30,616 nucleotides of DNA from Vicinamibacteria bacterium (GTDB lineage Bacteria; Acidobacteriota; Vicinamibacteria; Fen-336; JAGNNV01), in assembly GCA_039916365.1 (NCBI GenBank), contig JBDSLN010000240.1, forward strand, positions 1 to 30,616, given 5' to 3'. The position numbers and the translations under genes were made by a program. Shown here piece after piece: positions 17,407 to 26,358 of this stretch. Below the pieces are notes generated by a model. That model worked only from the letters and a program-made list of their open reading frames with translations. It searched no databases and was not told the origin of the DNA. The first letter of the stretch is position 1. Every line of letters begins with the position of its first letter.

Positions 17407-18018
17407 ATGTTTCCCGATTCGATCCTCCAGAGCTTTCTCACGCTCTTCGTCGTGGTCGATCCCATCGGCGTCGCCGTCATCTTCCTGGGCCTTGCCGGAA
17501 CGCGTTCTCGAGAGGAGCGTCGGGTGATCGCGCGCAAGGCCGTGCTGGTAGCGGCCTGCGTGCTGTTCTCCTTCGCGCTCTTCGGTTCAGCCATCCTGAG
17601 TCATCTCGGCATCACCCTCAACGCCTTCCGGGTCGCGGGCGGCTTACTGCTTCTGAAGATCGCGAGCGACATGGTGTTCGCGCAGCTGGAACGGGAGACG
17701 GAGGAAGAAGCGGCCGAAGCGCGCGTTCGGCCCGACATCAGCGTCTTTCCGCTAGCGATCCCTCTTCTTGCCGGACCGGGTGCCCTTGCGGGAGTGATGA
17801 TTCTCGCGGGCAATCACGATCCGGCAGCACAAGGTGCGGTGTACGGCAGCATCGCGCTCGTTTCGGTCATTGCGTACATTTCGCTCAGCCTCGCCGAATG
17901 GCTATTCAAGCTGCTCGGCCACACCGGCGTCAACGTCGTCACCCGCATCCTCGGCGTGCTGCTCGCGGCTCTCGCGGTGCAGTACATCGCGGACGGCGCG
18001 AAAGGACTTTGGATTTGA
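17407..18018 (+). CDS. marC: MarC-family membrane protein
   Basis: LFVVVDPIG, AFRVAGGLLL, DISVFPLAIPLLAGPGA, NVVTRILGVLLAALAVQYIADG. Confidence 0.93.
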   Translation: MFPDSILQSFLTLFVVVDPIGVAVIFLGLAGTRSREERRVIARKAVLVAACVLFSFALFGSAILSHLGITLNAFRVAGGLLLLKIASDMVFAQLERETEEEAAEARVRPDISVFPLAIPLLAGPGALAGVMILAGNHDPAAQGAVYGSIALVSVIAYISLSLAEWLFKLLGHTGVNVVTRILGVLLAALAVQYIADGAKGLWI

Positions 18019-19190
18019 TCTCACGCTTCTTCCGCCGTGTTTCTTCTCTGTCCATGGCGGCTTGGCTGGCCCTCGATGCCGGCAGCGCGCTCGCCCAGTC
18101 GGACAACGTCTTTCGACCGGCGTCCTTCCAGACACTGACGAGGGCAAAGACGCGCGCATTCGCTGCCGACTTCTACGTGGATGATCGCGACCGCGATCCT
18201 CAGGGAATCGACATCTTCGATGTGGGATTCCGCTTCCGATTCCAGCTCGGGGAGAAGACCGAAGTCTTCACCGACATCGTGGCGGATCGCGTCGTAGCAC
18301 TTCCCGAATCGCCTGCCATTCCTTCTTCTCCACGCGACCTGATCTTCATCAGCTCCATCCAGCGGATTCCAAACGCGTTCAACGGCCAGCATCCTTACTT
18401 GGACAAACGCGGCAGGGCTTCCTTCGATGCGTTCATCCCCGGCACAACCACCGTGGGAGCAACCCGCACGCTCCGGACAGAAGGCATCGCTCTCGGCGTA
18501 TCGGGCGCCATCGTCATCCCCATGGCACGAAGCATCAACGCACTGAGGTCTGGAAGCAGTTCAGGCAGCCTCGACTTTCTGGTGGCGGGCCTTGCTTCGC
18601 GTGAGGTTCTGGGTGGAACGGCTCACGGGCGCGTCGGCTTCACGCTGGCCGGCAACGGCTCTCTGCCTGATCGGTCGTTCAGTATCTCCGGCAGCACGGT
18701 GACGACGGTCGAGACCAAACTTCCCATCGGCAATCGTCTCGACGTTGGACTCGCGTATCTGAGGCCGCTGACGGAAAGCCTGGCGCTGGCGGCGGAAGCA
18801 CGCATGACCAAGGAGTTCGTCGGCGACCAGCGCATCGATGCGGTCTCGCCTCTCGACCTGATGGTCGGAGTGCACAAACACTTTGGCCGTTTCGAGCTCT
18901 CCGCTTCATTGCTGGACCACCTTCGTCCTCTTCCGTCGGGTGAGCTGCGTGCAAATCCGCTCGCTGGACAAATCGATCTCAGCAGTGTCACCGTGGCCGA
19001 CCGCAACGCATTCCTGACCCGTATCGGACTCGGAGCCGTGATCGGTCAACTCCGCGACGATTCGCACACCGTGGTCATCGGATCATCCGTTGCCAGCCTT
19101 CCCACCGGTGCTTTTCGGATCGCCCCGACCTATCGGATCCGCTCTGAACACAATCTCGGCTACATCTTCACCCTGACGTTTAGGCCGTAG
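18015..19190 (+). CDS. Hypothetical exported protein, possibly an outer-membrane beta-barrel
   Basis: TTG 18015 overlaps the marC stop (alternative ATG 18054). Signal-like segment ending ALA-Q, amphipathic strands, C-terminal LGYIFTLTFRP. The ORF-track start at 17898 lies inside marC. Confidence 0.6.
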   Translation: MISRFFRRVSSLSMAAWLALDAGSALAQSDNVFRPASFQTLTRAKTRAFAADFYVDDRDRDPQGIDIFDVGFRFRFQLGEKTEVFTDIVADRVVALPESPAIPSSPRDLIFISSIQRIPNAFNGQHPYLDKRGRASFDAFIPGTTTVGATRTLRTEGIALGVSGAIVIPMARSINALRSGSSSGSLDFLVAGLASREVLGGTAHGRVGFTLAGNGSLPDRSFSISGSTVTTVETKLPIGNRLDVGLAYLRPLTESLALAAEARMTKEFVGDQRIDAVSPLDLMVGVHKHFGRFELSASLLDHLRPLPSGELRANPLAGQIDLSSVTVADRNAFLTRIGLGAVIGQLRDDSHTVVIGSSVASLPTGAFRIAPTYRIRSEHNLGYIFTLTFRP

Positions 19191-19192
19191 CA

Positions 19193-21049
19193 ATGAGGCG
19201 CGCGGGACTGCTGCTGATCGGACTGCTGCTTGCGACAAACGCTGCCGCCGAGGACGAGCTTCGCTGGAGTCGGCTCAATGTGGTCACGCACCTGGGCAAC
19301 GACGGCAGCGTCGAGGTTTCGGAGACGCATGAGTTCACGGTCGGCGGGTCCTACGACTACATCCTGCGCAGCATGAACTTCGGGCCCGACCAAGCCGCCT
19401 CGGTGCACGGCGTCTTCCGTTTGGCCGCCGACGGTTCGCGAATTCCACTCAAGGACACCACGGACAAGTGCGCCGATTGTTATAGCACCTACTTCTGGGG
19501 CCTTCAGATCTACCTGCGCGGCGAAAGCGATCCGCCTTTCCCGGATCGAACTCCGCGGAAACTAGTCATCGAATACCAGCTCGTGAGTGGCCTGACGCCT
19601 GCTTGGGATCTGGCCGGAGGCCCCCGTCCTCTCGAGTCGGAGACGATGTTTCGAAACCCCTTGACCCGCGCGAGCGAAGTGATCGCGGCGTGGAAGGATG
19701 CGTCGCCCGGGCTTGCGCGCAACTATCGGCTCGATCACGACGTGGTCTTTCCCTCGATCGGCACCGCTGGTCCGATCGGCGAACTGAACTACCGCCTCGA
19801 ATACGACGATTCCTGGGTGCTTCTCGACAAGGAACGGCCAACGGGTGTCGCGACACCCGAGGTTGACTATCGCGTGACTCACGTTCTGCAATATCTCCCG
19901 GCCGGGCGCCCGGCAGCCGTGAACGTCCAGAACGCGCTTTTGAGGGTGGGGGCGGTGATCGCGCCTCTCCTCCTTGGACTCGGGCTTCTCCTCTTCTTCG
20001 TCCTCTCCAACCGCGTGTTCGTGCGCGGGCCCCATCCAGACCGCGCGCTGTTCGAGCGACGGATCGCAAGCGTACCGAGCGAGCTGGTGGCCGCGGAATC
20101 CGGATGGTCGTCGGGAGCGCCGCCTCTGGCCGATTTCCTCGGTCGCATGGCCGCGGAGAAGAAACTGTCGATCACCGTCGATCAGGCGGAGACCGACGAT
20201 GACAACGCGAAGATGAGCATGCGCCTGACCACCACGCGCGACAAGCTGCGTCCCATCGAACGCGAACTCATCGCGAAGATCTTCGGGTCATCGGACACGA
20301 TCTCGAGTGAAACGATTCAGGACCGCTACCGTGGCAAGTCGTTCAATCCGCAGGCGACTTTGGACGAAGCTTTTCAAGAAGCGATGCCGGCGCGGGTGGC
20401 GAAGAGGCGGCCGCTGTGGGCGGCGCTTCATCTGGCCATGATGGCGGCGGGCATCGCGGCCATGGTGAAGAGCCTGACGGAGCAGACGCTTTCCGACCCC
20501 TTTCCCCTCTTCGCGAGCCTCCTGCCCGGCTACCTCATCCTTCAGGTTTGGCCCATGGGTTCGTCAACTCATCGGCGCGGGACGTGGGCCCTACTGCTTC
20601 CCGTCGTGGTGCTTGGCGTGCTCGGCGCGGCCATTGCTCTCTCCCCCAACAAACCTCTGAGCGGCTTCGCGTCGCTCGGACTTGCGTTGTTGGGAGCCGG
20701 CCACTGCGCTGGGCTTCTCGCTCGCGTGCCCCGATCGACCGAAGCGGATCTCGAGTTCGGCGCCGCGAGACAATTCGTCCTCTCAGAGTTGCGAAAGCCC
20801 CGACCGGACTTGCGCGACGCGTGGGTGGAATCCATCGACGCCATGGGCGAGAGCCGCGCGGTGAAACGTTGGAAGGCGCGCTATGCAGGCCAGTTCACGG
20901 GCGCACCCGATCTCTCAGAAATGAGCACCGGCCCAACGCCCTCAGGCCCGCCGTTCACCGGCGAACCATTGGCTCGCCCCAAGCTTCCGCCCGATTGGGC
21001 AGAAGGTTTCAGCGTTTACTCAGACGACGAGGACGAGGACGAGGACTAG
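19193..21049 (+). CDS. DUF2207-like exported/membrane protein with acidic tail
   Basis: Signal peptide, then ELRWSRLNVVTHLGNDGSVEVSETHEF resembling the DUF2207 N-terminus; several TM helices; ends SDDEDEDED. Confidence 0.6.
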   Translation: MRRAGLLLIGLLLATNAAAEDELRWSRLNVVTHLGNDGSVEVSETHEFTVGGSYDYILRSMNFGPDQAASVHGVFRLAADGSRIPLKDTTDKCADCYSTYFWGLQIYLRGESDPPFPDRTPRKLVIEYQLVSGLTPAWDLAGGPRPLESETMFRNPLTRASEVIAAWKDASPGLARNYRLDHDVVFPSIGTAGPIGELNYRLEYDDSWVLLDKERPTGVATPEVDYRVTHVLQYLPAGRPAAVNVQNALLRVGAVIAPLLLGLGLLLFFVLSNRVFVRGPHPDRALFERRIASVPSELVAAESGWSSGAPPLADFLGRMAAEKKLSITVDQAETDDDNAKMSMRLTTTRDKLRPIERELIAKIFGSSDTISSETIQDRYRGKSFNPQATLDEAFQEAMPARVAKRRPLWAALHLAMMAAGIAAMVKSLTEQTLSDPFPLFASLLPGYLILQVWPMGSSTHRRGTWALLLPVVVLGVLGAAIALSPNKPLSGFASLGLALLGAGHCAGLLARVPRSTEADLEFGAARQFVLSELRKPRPDLRDAWVESIDAMGESRAVKRWKARYAGQFTGAPDLSEMSTGPTPSGPPFTGEPLARPKLPPDWAEGFSVYSDDEDEDED

Positions 21050-21055
21050 CACAAA

Positions 21056-22099
21056 TCAGAGCTTCTTCGGTTCCTGCTGGGTCGCGCAGTGAACCGTGCC
21101 AAGTCCCCACACGAAGTCGACGGCGTGGAAACCCACGACCTCCCGATCCGGGAAGCAGTCGGCAAGGATGCCAAGTGCTATGCGATCCATCGGGTCGTTG
21201 AAGGTCGGCACGATCACGACGCCGTTGGCGATGTAGAAGTTCGCGTAACTCGCAGGCAGACGCTGCCTATCGAAGAAGACCGCGGCAGGCATCGGCAGCG
21301 GAATGACTTCGACCTTCTCAGTCTTGAGTCGTTCGAGGTTGTCGCGGAGCAGGGCGTAGTTCTCGTCGCTTTCATTTTTTTCCTGACAGAGAAGGACACG
21401 GCCGGGTGCGACAAAGCGGGCGAGATCGTCGATGTGGCCATGCGTGTCGTCGCCCACGATGCCGCGATCGAGCCAGATCACGCGCTTGACGCCGAGCGTA
21501 TCCGCAAGAACCTTCTCCGTTCCCGCGCGGCCAAGGCCCGGATTCCGCGCCTGCACATTCGAGAGAAGACACTCTTCCGTGGCCATCAGAAGACCCGCTC
21601 CGTCGACTTCGATCGCGCCACCTTCAAGGACGATCTCCCGCTCGCCCACGAGAACACGGTGCTCCTCCGTCTTCAGCGCCTTTGCGATCTTCGCTGCAAC
21701 AGCATCGTCGCGCTTGTGATTCGGATACTTCGCCCAGCCGTTGAACTTCCAATGCGTCGCGATCCGCTCGCCGCGCTTGTTCGTCACGAAGATCGCGCCC
21801 GAATCGCGCGTCCACACGCGATCGGTGGGAACCCGGTAAAAGTCGATCTTCGCGAGATCCACACCCACCTTGGTGAGAACCGCGTGCGCTTTCTTTTCGA
21901 GCGCCACGTCTCCGACAAGGATGCGAACGCGCTCGTTGCGCGACAGCAGACGAACCAACTCTCCGTAGGCCCAGGGAATGGGCGCGAAGCGGCCGGGCCA
22001 GTCTTTCGTTTCGTGGGGCCAGGCGATCCAGGTCGCTTCATGCGACGTCCACTCGGCGGGCATGGAGTACCCGCGGCGAGCAAGAGTGGAGGCGCTCAC
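21056..22099 (-). CDS. aguA: Agmatine deiminase
   Basis: MPAEWTSHEATWIAWP, VWTRDSG, LEGGAIEVDG, DDTHGHIDD, ASYANFYIAN, GLGTVHCATQQEP. Confidence 0.95.
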   Translation of the reverse strand: MSASTLARRGYSMPAEWTSHEATWIAWPHETKDWPGRFAPIPWAYGELVRLLSRNERVRILVGDVALEKKAHAVLTKVGVDLAKIDFYRVPTDRVWTRDSGAIFVTNKRGERIATHWKFNGWAKYPNHKRDDAVAAKIAKALKTEEHRVLVGEREIVLEGGAIEVDGAGLLMATEECLLSNVQARNPGLGRAGTEKVLADTLGVKRVIWLDRGIVGDDTHGHIDDLARFVAPGRVLLCQEKNESDENYALLRDNLERLKTEKVEVIPLPMPAAVFFDRQRLPASYANFYIANGVVIVPTFNDPMDRIALGILADCFPDREVVGFHAVDFVWGLGTVHCATQQEPKKL

Positions 22100-22974
22100 G
22101 GCTTTTCGAGATGGCGCTGAGTGAGTCCGCCATACGCATCAATGCGGCGATCGCGGAAGAACGGCCAGTGCTGACGCGCGGTCTCCACCTTCTTGGTGTC
22201 GATCTCCGCCACCACGACTTCGGGCTGGTCGTGCGAGGCCATGGCGAGCTGACGGCCGTAGGGATCGAAGATGAACGACGACCCGAAGAACTCGATGCCC
22301 GCCTTCTTGTCGCCCTCGTGACCGACGCGGTTCACGCCCACCACATACACGCCGTTCGCGATGGCGTGAGATCGCTGCATAGTCTGCCAGGCGGTGACCT
22401 GCGCCTCGCCCCATTCCTTCTTCTCGCTCGGATGCCAGCCGATCGCCGTCGGGTAGAAAAGAATCGGAGCGCCCAGAAGGGCGGTCATGCGGGCGGCCTC
22501 GGGGTACCACTGATCCCAGCAAATCAAGGTACCGACTTTGCCGTACCTCGTGTCGATCGCTTTGAAGCCAAGGTCGCCGGGCGTGAAGTAGAACTTCTCG
22601 TAATAGAGAGGATCGTCGGGGATGTGCATCTTGCGGTACATGCCCGCGAGCTTGCCGTCCGTGTCCATGACCACGGACGTGTTGTGATACAGGCCGGCGG
22701 CGCGGCGTTCGAAGAGCGAGCCGAGGATCACGATGTTCAGCGACTTCGCGAGAGCGCCGAGCTTCTTCGTCGAGGGGCCGGGAATCGCCTCGGCGCGCGC
22801 GAACTGCGAGTGATCCTCGGTCTGGCAGAAATAATGGCCTAGATAAAGCTCGGGAAGGCACACGATGCGAGCACCCTTTTTCGCCGCCTCGCGGATACCT
22901 TTCTCGGCGGCGGCCTGATTCTTGGCTGCGTCATCGGTACAGCGCATCTGCACCAAACCCACGATGGTCTTCAT
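22096..22974 (-). CDS. aguB: N-carbamoylputrescine amidase (carbon-nitrogen hydrolase)
   Basis: Nitrilase triad in CLPELY, YRKMHIPDDPLYYEKFYFTPGD and ICWDQWYPE; ends FFRDRRIDAYG. 4-nt overlap with aguA. Confidence 0.93.
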   Translation of the reverse strand: MKTIVGLVQMRCTDDAAKNQAAAEKGIREAAKKGARIVCLPELYLGHYFCQTEDHSQFARAEAIPGPSTKKLGALAKSLNIVILGSLFERRAAGLYHNTSVVMDTDGKLAGMYRKMHIPDDPLYYEKFYFTPGDLGFKAIDTRYGKVGTLICWDQWYPEAARMTALLGAPILFYPTAIGWHPSEKKEWGEAQVTAWQTMQRSHAIANGVYVVGVNRVGHEGDKKAGIEFFGSSFIFDPYGRQLAMASHDQPEVVVAEIDTKKVETARQHWPFFRDRRIDAYGGLTQRHLEKP

Positions 22975-22987
22975 GAACTGATGATCT

Positions 22988-22999
22988 CAGAAAAGTGCT
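22988..22999. repeat. 12-bp direct repeat CAGAAAAGTGCT, left copy
   Basis: Exact match to 24818-24829; lies in the aguB-top6B intergenic region. Confidence 0.9.
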
Positions 23000-23045
23000 G
23001 ATCCGGCCGTCTCTCGAAGCCTTCCCGCATACCCGGATGCGCTGG

Positions 23046-24794
23046 CTACACCATGTTCTCGCGGCTGCGTTCCAACACGGTGCGCAGGTTCGCGACGACT
23101 CGGTCCTGCTCCGTGTCCTTGAGGCCAAGGATCTCCTTGAGGGCGATGCCGATGTGCGGAATGAACTTGTCGATGTAGCCGCGCTTCTTCGCTTCAGCCT
23201 GTTCGCGCTTGCCGCGGCGGATGTGGATGCCAAGACGGCGGCCCACTTCCATCAGTCCCAGACGAAGTTCTTTGACGATCTCAGTGTAGTGCGCAATCGC
23301 TTCCTTCGATTCGGACGTGAACGGAACCCACACCGACGCGATGTGGACCATCAGGACCATCGGACCCGAGGGCAAGGCGCCCTTCGACATCTGCATGCCG
23401 TAGCTGCGCCAGTCGATGCTCAAGGCCGCTTTGGTGATCGCGCAGGCCGACGCCTGATACTGGAGAGGCACGCGATTCGCGAAACGGAACAGCTCGATCA
23501 ATTCGTCGCTCGGCAAGCCGCCGCCGTGCGCCAGCGCCACTTCGACCTGGAACGGATTGCCGCGGTACACCGCGGGCGGACGCGTGACCGCATCGTAGAA
23601 GTCGGCTTTGAGTCGCGCGCGCAAACCCTTGAGCAACGCCTCTTCGCCGACCGGCGAAAGGCAGTTGGTCGGCGGCGCCATGATCTTCACTTTTCCGAAC
23701 GCCTTGTGGATGCGCTCGATGGCTGGTGTTTCCAGATCGCGCGGACGCGCTTTTTCGGAGACACCCGCGATCTTCAAGATCTCGCTGACCACACTTGGCG
23801 TCATGCGCGAGAAGTCGGTCTTGAGCGCAGTCGAGATGTGCTTCTCCTGAGAGTCCTGGAACATGCGCATGAGGCGGCCAAGTTCGACACCGTACGGATG
23901 AGGCTTGATCTCCTTCGCCTCTTCCGGAAGCTCGTGAACCGCGCGCTCGTAGGTGATGGTCTCGCAACCGGGTGCCGTGTAGATGACCTGGCAATGAGGG
24001 TTGGAGAGCGCCGTCTGCTCGACGTAGTCATCAACGCTGCGACGACCCTTCTTGTAGCTCGCTTCCAGCTCGATCTGCACCCGCGTGCCGTGCTGCTTGT
24101 CCCACTCGGTCTTCTCTTCCTTGAGGACGAGCGGCTGGTTCTTCCGCGTATCGACGGTGACCTCAAAAAGATGAGGCGGCGTCTGCGGCGAGGTACGGGA
24201 CACGATCACCACTGGCTTGCCGGTGGTGAGCTGGCCGTACATGCCGGCCGCGGACACGCCGATCCCCTGCTGGCCGCGCTGTTGCTTCAGGCGATGGAAC
24301 TTCGAACCGTAGAGGAGCTTGCCGAAGACCTTGGGGATCTGCGCCTTGACGATACCGGGGCCGTTGTCTTCCACCGCGATCCGGTACCGATCTTCCGCCA
24401 GTTCGAGGATTTCAATCCGGAGGTCGGGAAGGATGCCCGCTTCTTCGCAGGCGTCGAGCGAGTTGTCGACGCACTCGCGCACCGCGGTGAGCAACGACTT
24501 CTGCTTGTTGTCGAAGCCAAGGAGATGGCGGTTTTTGACGAAGAACTCAGAGACGGAGATCTCGCGCTGCTTCTCGGCCAGACTTTCGGCGGTGGCGCGA
24601 CGGGCGGGCGCCTTGCGAACGGGCACAGGCTCCACCTCGATCGCCGAGTCGTCTTCGTCTGCAAGGACGGGGGGAGGTTCTGGCGCTTCCGTCTCAGCCG
24701 GGGCGATCTCGACCGCCCCTGTTTCTACTTCGTCTGCGTTCGCGTCAAAGAGGGAAGGCTGTGCGGCCTTCGCGCGAACGTTCTTTTTTGACAT
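23046..24794 (-). CDS. top6B: DNA topoisomerase VI subunit B
   Basis: [24 protein letters not shown] motifs [36 protein letters not shown] and [35 protein letters not shown]. Confidence 0.96.
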   Translation of the reverse strand: MSKKNVRAKAAQPSLFDANADEVETGAVEIAPAETEAPEPPPVLADEDDSAIEVEPVPVRKAPARRATAESLAEKQREISVSEFFVKNRHLLGFDNKQKSLLTAVRECVDNSLDACEEAGILPDLRIEILELAEDRYRIAVEDNGPGIVKAQIPKVFGKLLYGSKFHRLKQQRGQQGIGVSAAGMYGQLTTGKPVVIVSRTSPQTPPHLFEVTVDTRKNQPLVLKEEKTEWDKQHGTRVQIELEASYKKGRRSVDDYVEQTALSNPHCQVIYTAPGCETITYERAVHELPEEAKEIKPHPYGVELGRLMRMFQDSQEKHISTALKTDFSRMTPSVVSEILKIAGVSEKARPRDLETPAIERIHKAFGKVKIMAPPTNCLSPVGEEALLKGLRARLKADFYDAVTRPPAVYRGNPFQVEVALAHGGGLPSDELIELFRFANRVPLQYQASACAITKAALSIDWRSYGMQMSKGALPSGPMVLMVHIASVWVPFTSESKEAIAHYTEIVKELRLGLMEVGRRLGIHIRRGKREQAEAKKRGYIDKFIPHIGIALKEILGLKDTEQDRVVANLRTVLERSRENMV

Positions 24795-24817
24795 AGCCAA
24801 GATGGACCAACGACCTC

Positions 24818-24829
24818 CAGAAAAGTGCT
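24818..24829. repeat. 12-bp direct repeat CAGAAAAGTGCT, right copy
   Basis: Exact match to 22988-22999; lies in the top6B-EamA intergenic region. Confidence 0.9.
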
Positions 24830-24882
24830 TGAGACTCGGAAGTCTAAAGGGTCCATGCGGGTGACTGGAATAAAGTCCGGGG

Positions 24883-25839
24883 TTGCTTGTGAGCCCAACC
24901 TCCTCCGCGTCGCGCGAACGAACCCTCGCCTACATCGGCCTCGGTGTCGTCTACATCGTCTGGGGCGCCACGTATGTCGGCATCCGTGCGGTGGTGGCTC
25001 ATATGCCTCCCTTCGTCGCCGCAGCGATGCGCTACCTGATCGCCGGAGGTTCGCTTCTGGCGTACCTCGCCCTCCGTGGCCAGTGGAAGAAGCCGACCCG
25101 TGAGCAGTGGATCAACGCGGCGATCGTGGGAATTCTTCTGATGGGCATCGGCAACGGACTCATCATGTGGGCGCAGCGCAGCATCCCCAGTGGCACCACC
25201 GCGCTGCTGGTCGCAACCTTTCCTTTGTGGCTGACGCTGGCGGAGGCGTTCTCGAGTCGGGGCTCGTCGTTAAGGATGCCGGTGGTGATGGGCGTGGTGG
25301 TCGGGCTCATCGGCGTCTTCCTGATCGCGTCCGCGAAAGGCGACGTTTCATTTAGCGGAACCGGTACCCCTCTGGCTGCCCTGCTCGCCGTTCAGGCTGC
25401 GTCCATCTGCTGGACGATTGGTTTCCTGAAGGCAAAGACTCTGAAAGACCGGCTACCCGTCGTGATGGCTTCGGGCCTGGAGATGACCTCGGGCGGGCTG
25501 TTCCTCCTGCTTCAATCGATCCTCTACCGCGAGGACTGGGGCCGCGTCAGCCGGGCTCCGCTCAGCGCATGGGCCGGCGTGATGTTCCTTGCCGTGTTCG
25601 GGTCGATCATCGGTTTCACCGCATTCGCTTACACACGCAACATCCTGCCGTCGCACATCGTGGGCACGTACGCGTACGTCAATCCGCTGGTGGCCGTGAT
25701 CTTCGGCCATCTCCTCTACGCGGAGACACTGTCCAGCCAGACCCTGATGGGTGGTGCTTTGATCCTGACCGCGGTCGTGGTCAGCACGATCCCGGGCTCA
25801 AAGCCTCCAGCCGAAGCCTGTCAGGTCGAGGACCGGTAG
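24883..25839 (+). CDS. EamA / DMT-family transporter
   Basis: [42 protein letters not shown]; about ten TM helices. Start may be GTG 24889. Confidence 0.92.
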   Translation: MLVSPTSSASRERTLAYIGLGVVYIVWGATYVGIRAVVAHMPPFVAAAMRYLIAGGSLLAYLALRGQWKKPTREQWINAAIVGILLMGIGNGLIMWAQRSIPSGTTALLVATFPLWLTLAEAFSSRGSSLRMPVVMGVVVGLIGVFLIASAKGDVSFSGTGTPLAALLAVQAASICWTIGFLKAKTLKDRLPVVMASGLEMTSGGLFLLLQSILYREDWGRVSRAPLSAWAGVMFLAVFGSIIGFTAFAYTRNILPSHIVGTYAYVNPLVAVIFGHLLYAETLSSQTLMGGALILTAVVVSTIPGSKPPAEACQVEDR

Positions 25840-25864
25840 CAGGACCTTCCAGCGCAGGCTGAGC

Positions 25865-25882
25865 GTTCGGCATCGAACAGAC
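25865..25882. repeat. 18-bp repeat GTTCGGCATCGAACAGAC (core GTTCG-N4-CGAAC), left copy
   Basis: 17/18 identical to 29111-29128. Confidence 0.88.
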
Positions 25883-25911
25883 GTCTGGGGACGCTTTGGT
25901 GGAGCCTGTGC

Positions 25912-26358
25912 CCAGGATGCAGGCACCATGAGCGACTCACTGTGCTCGGAACGTTCCTCCGCGAAGTGATGAGCCACAATCTCGACACTCAGAACTTCCG
26001 TCTCTTCGGTCCAAATGAAACGGCGTCGAATCGGCTGGATGCGGTGTAAGACGTGTCCGGCAAGGAGTGGATGGCGGCGTTGGACGACGTCGATACCCAT
26101 CTGAGTTCCCGGGGTCGCGTCATGGAATTGCTGAGCGAGCATCTCTGCCAGGGCTGGCTCGAAGGCTATCTGCTCACCGGTCGCGACGGGCTTTTTTCCT
26201 GCTACGAAGCATCCATTCACATCGTCGACTCGATGGTGAATCAGCACGCGAAGTGGAAAGCGACGGCGAGTTACTGGAGCACGATGGAACGCCACCGCCT
26301 TCACGTGGGCGCGCACGGAGAAGATCGTCCGGAAGTCCGCGACTGGCTCACGCCGTGA
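25912..26358 (+). pseudogene. xfp: Phosphoketolase remnant (5' half missing, nonsense codon, in-frame internal deletion)
   Basis: One frame reads [10 protein letters not shown]...[17 protein letters not shown](TAA 26047-26049)DVSGKEW...[47 protein letters not shown], then directly the C-terminal-type [21 protein letters not shown]. Left boundary approximate. Confidence 0.92.

Noticed and set aside
21050-21055. Terminator between the convergent DUF2207-like gene and aguA
   Set aside because: The gap is only 6 bp and no hairpin with a U-tract is visible.
22995-24791. Long antisense ORFs (598 aa opposite top6B; also 15965-17527, 10151-11398, 21089-22120, 358-1383, 26301-27488)
   Set aside because: Each shadows a well-supported gene on the other strand and has no recognisable motif. 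Such ORFs are expected in high-GC DNA.
26067-26354. 96-aa N-terminal extension of the P-type ATPase in the ORF track
   Set aside because: It is an alternative frame over the xfp remnant. ATPase-like sequence begins at GTG 26355.
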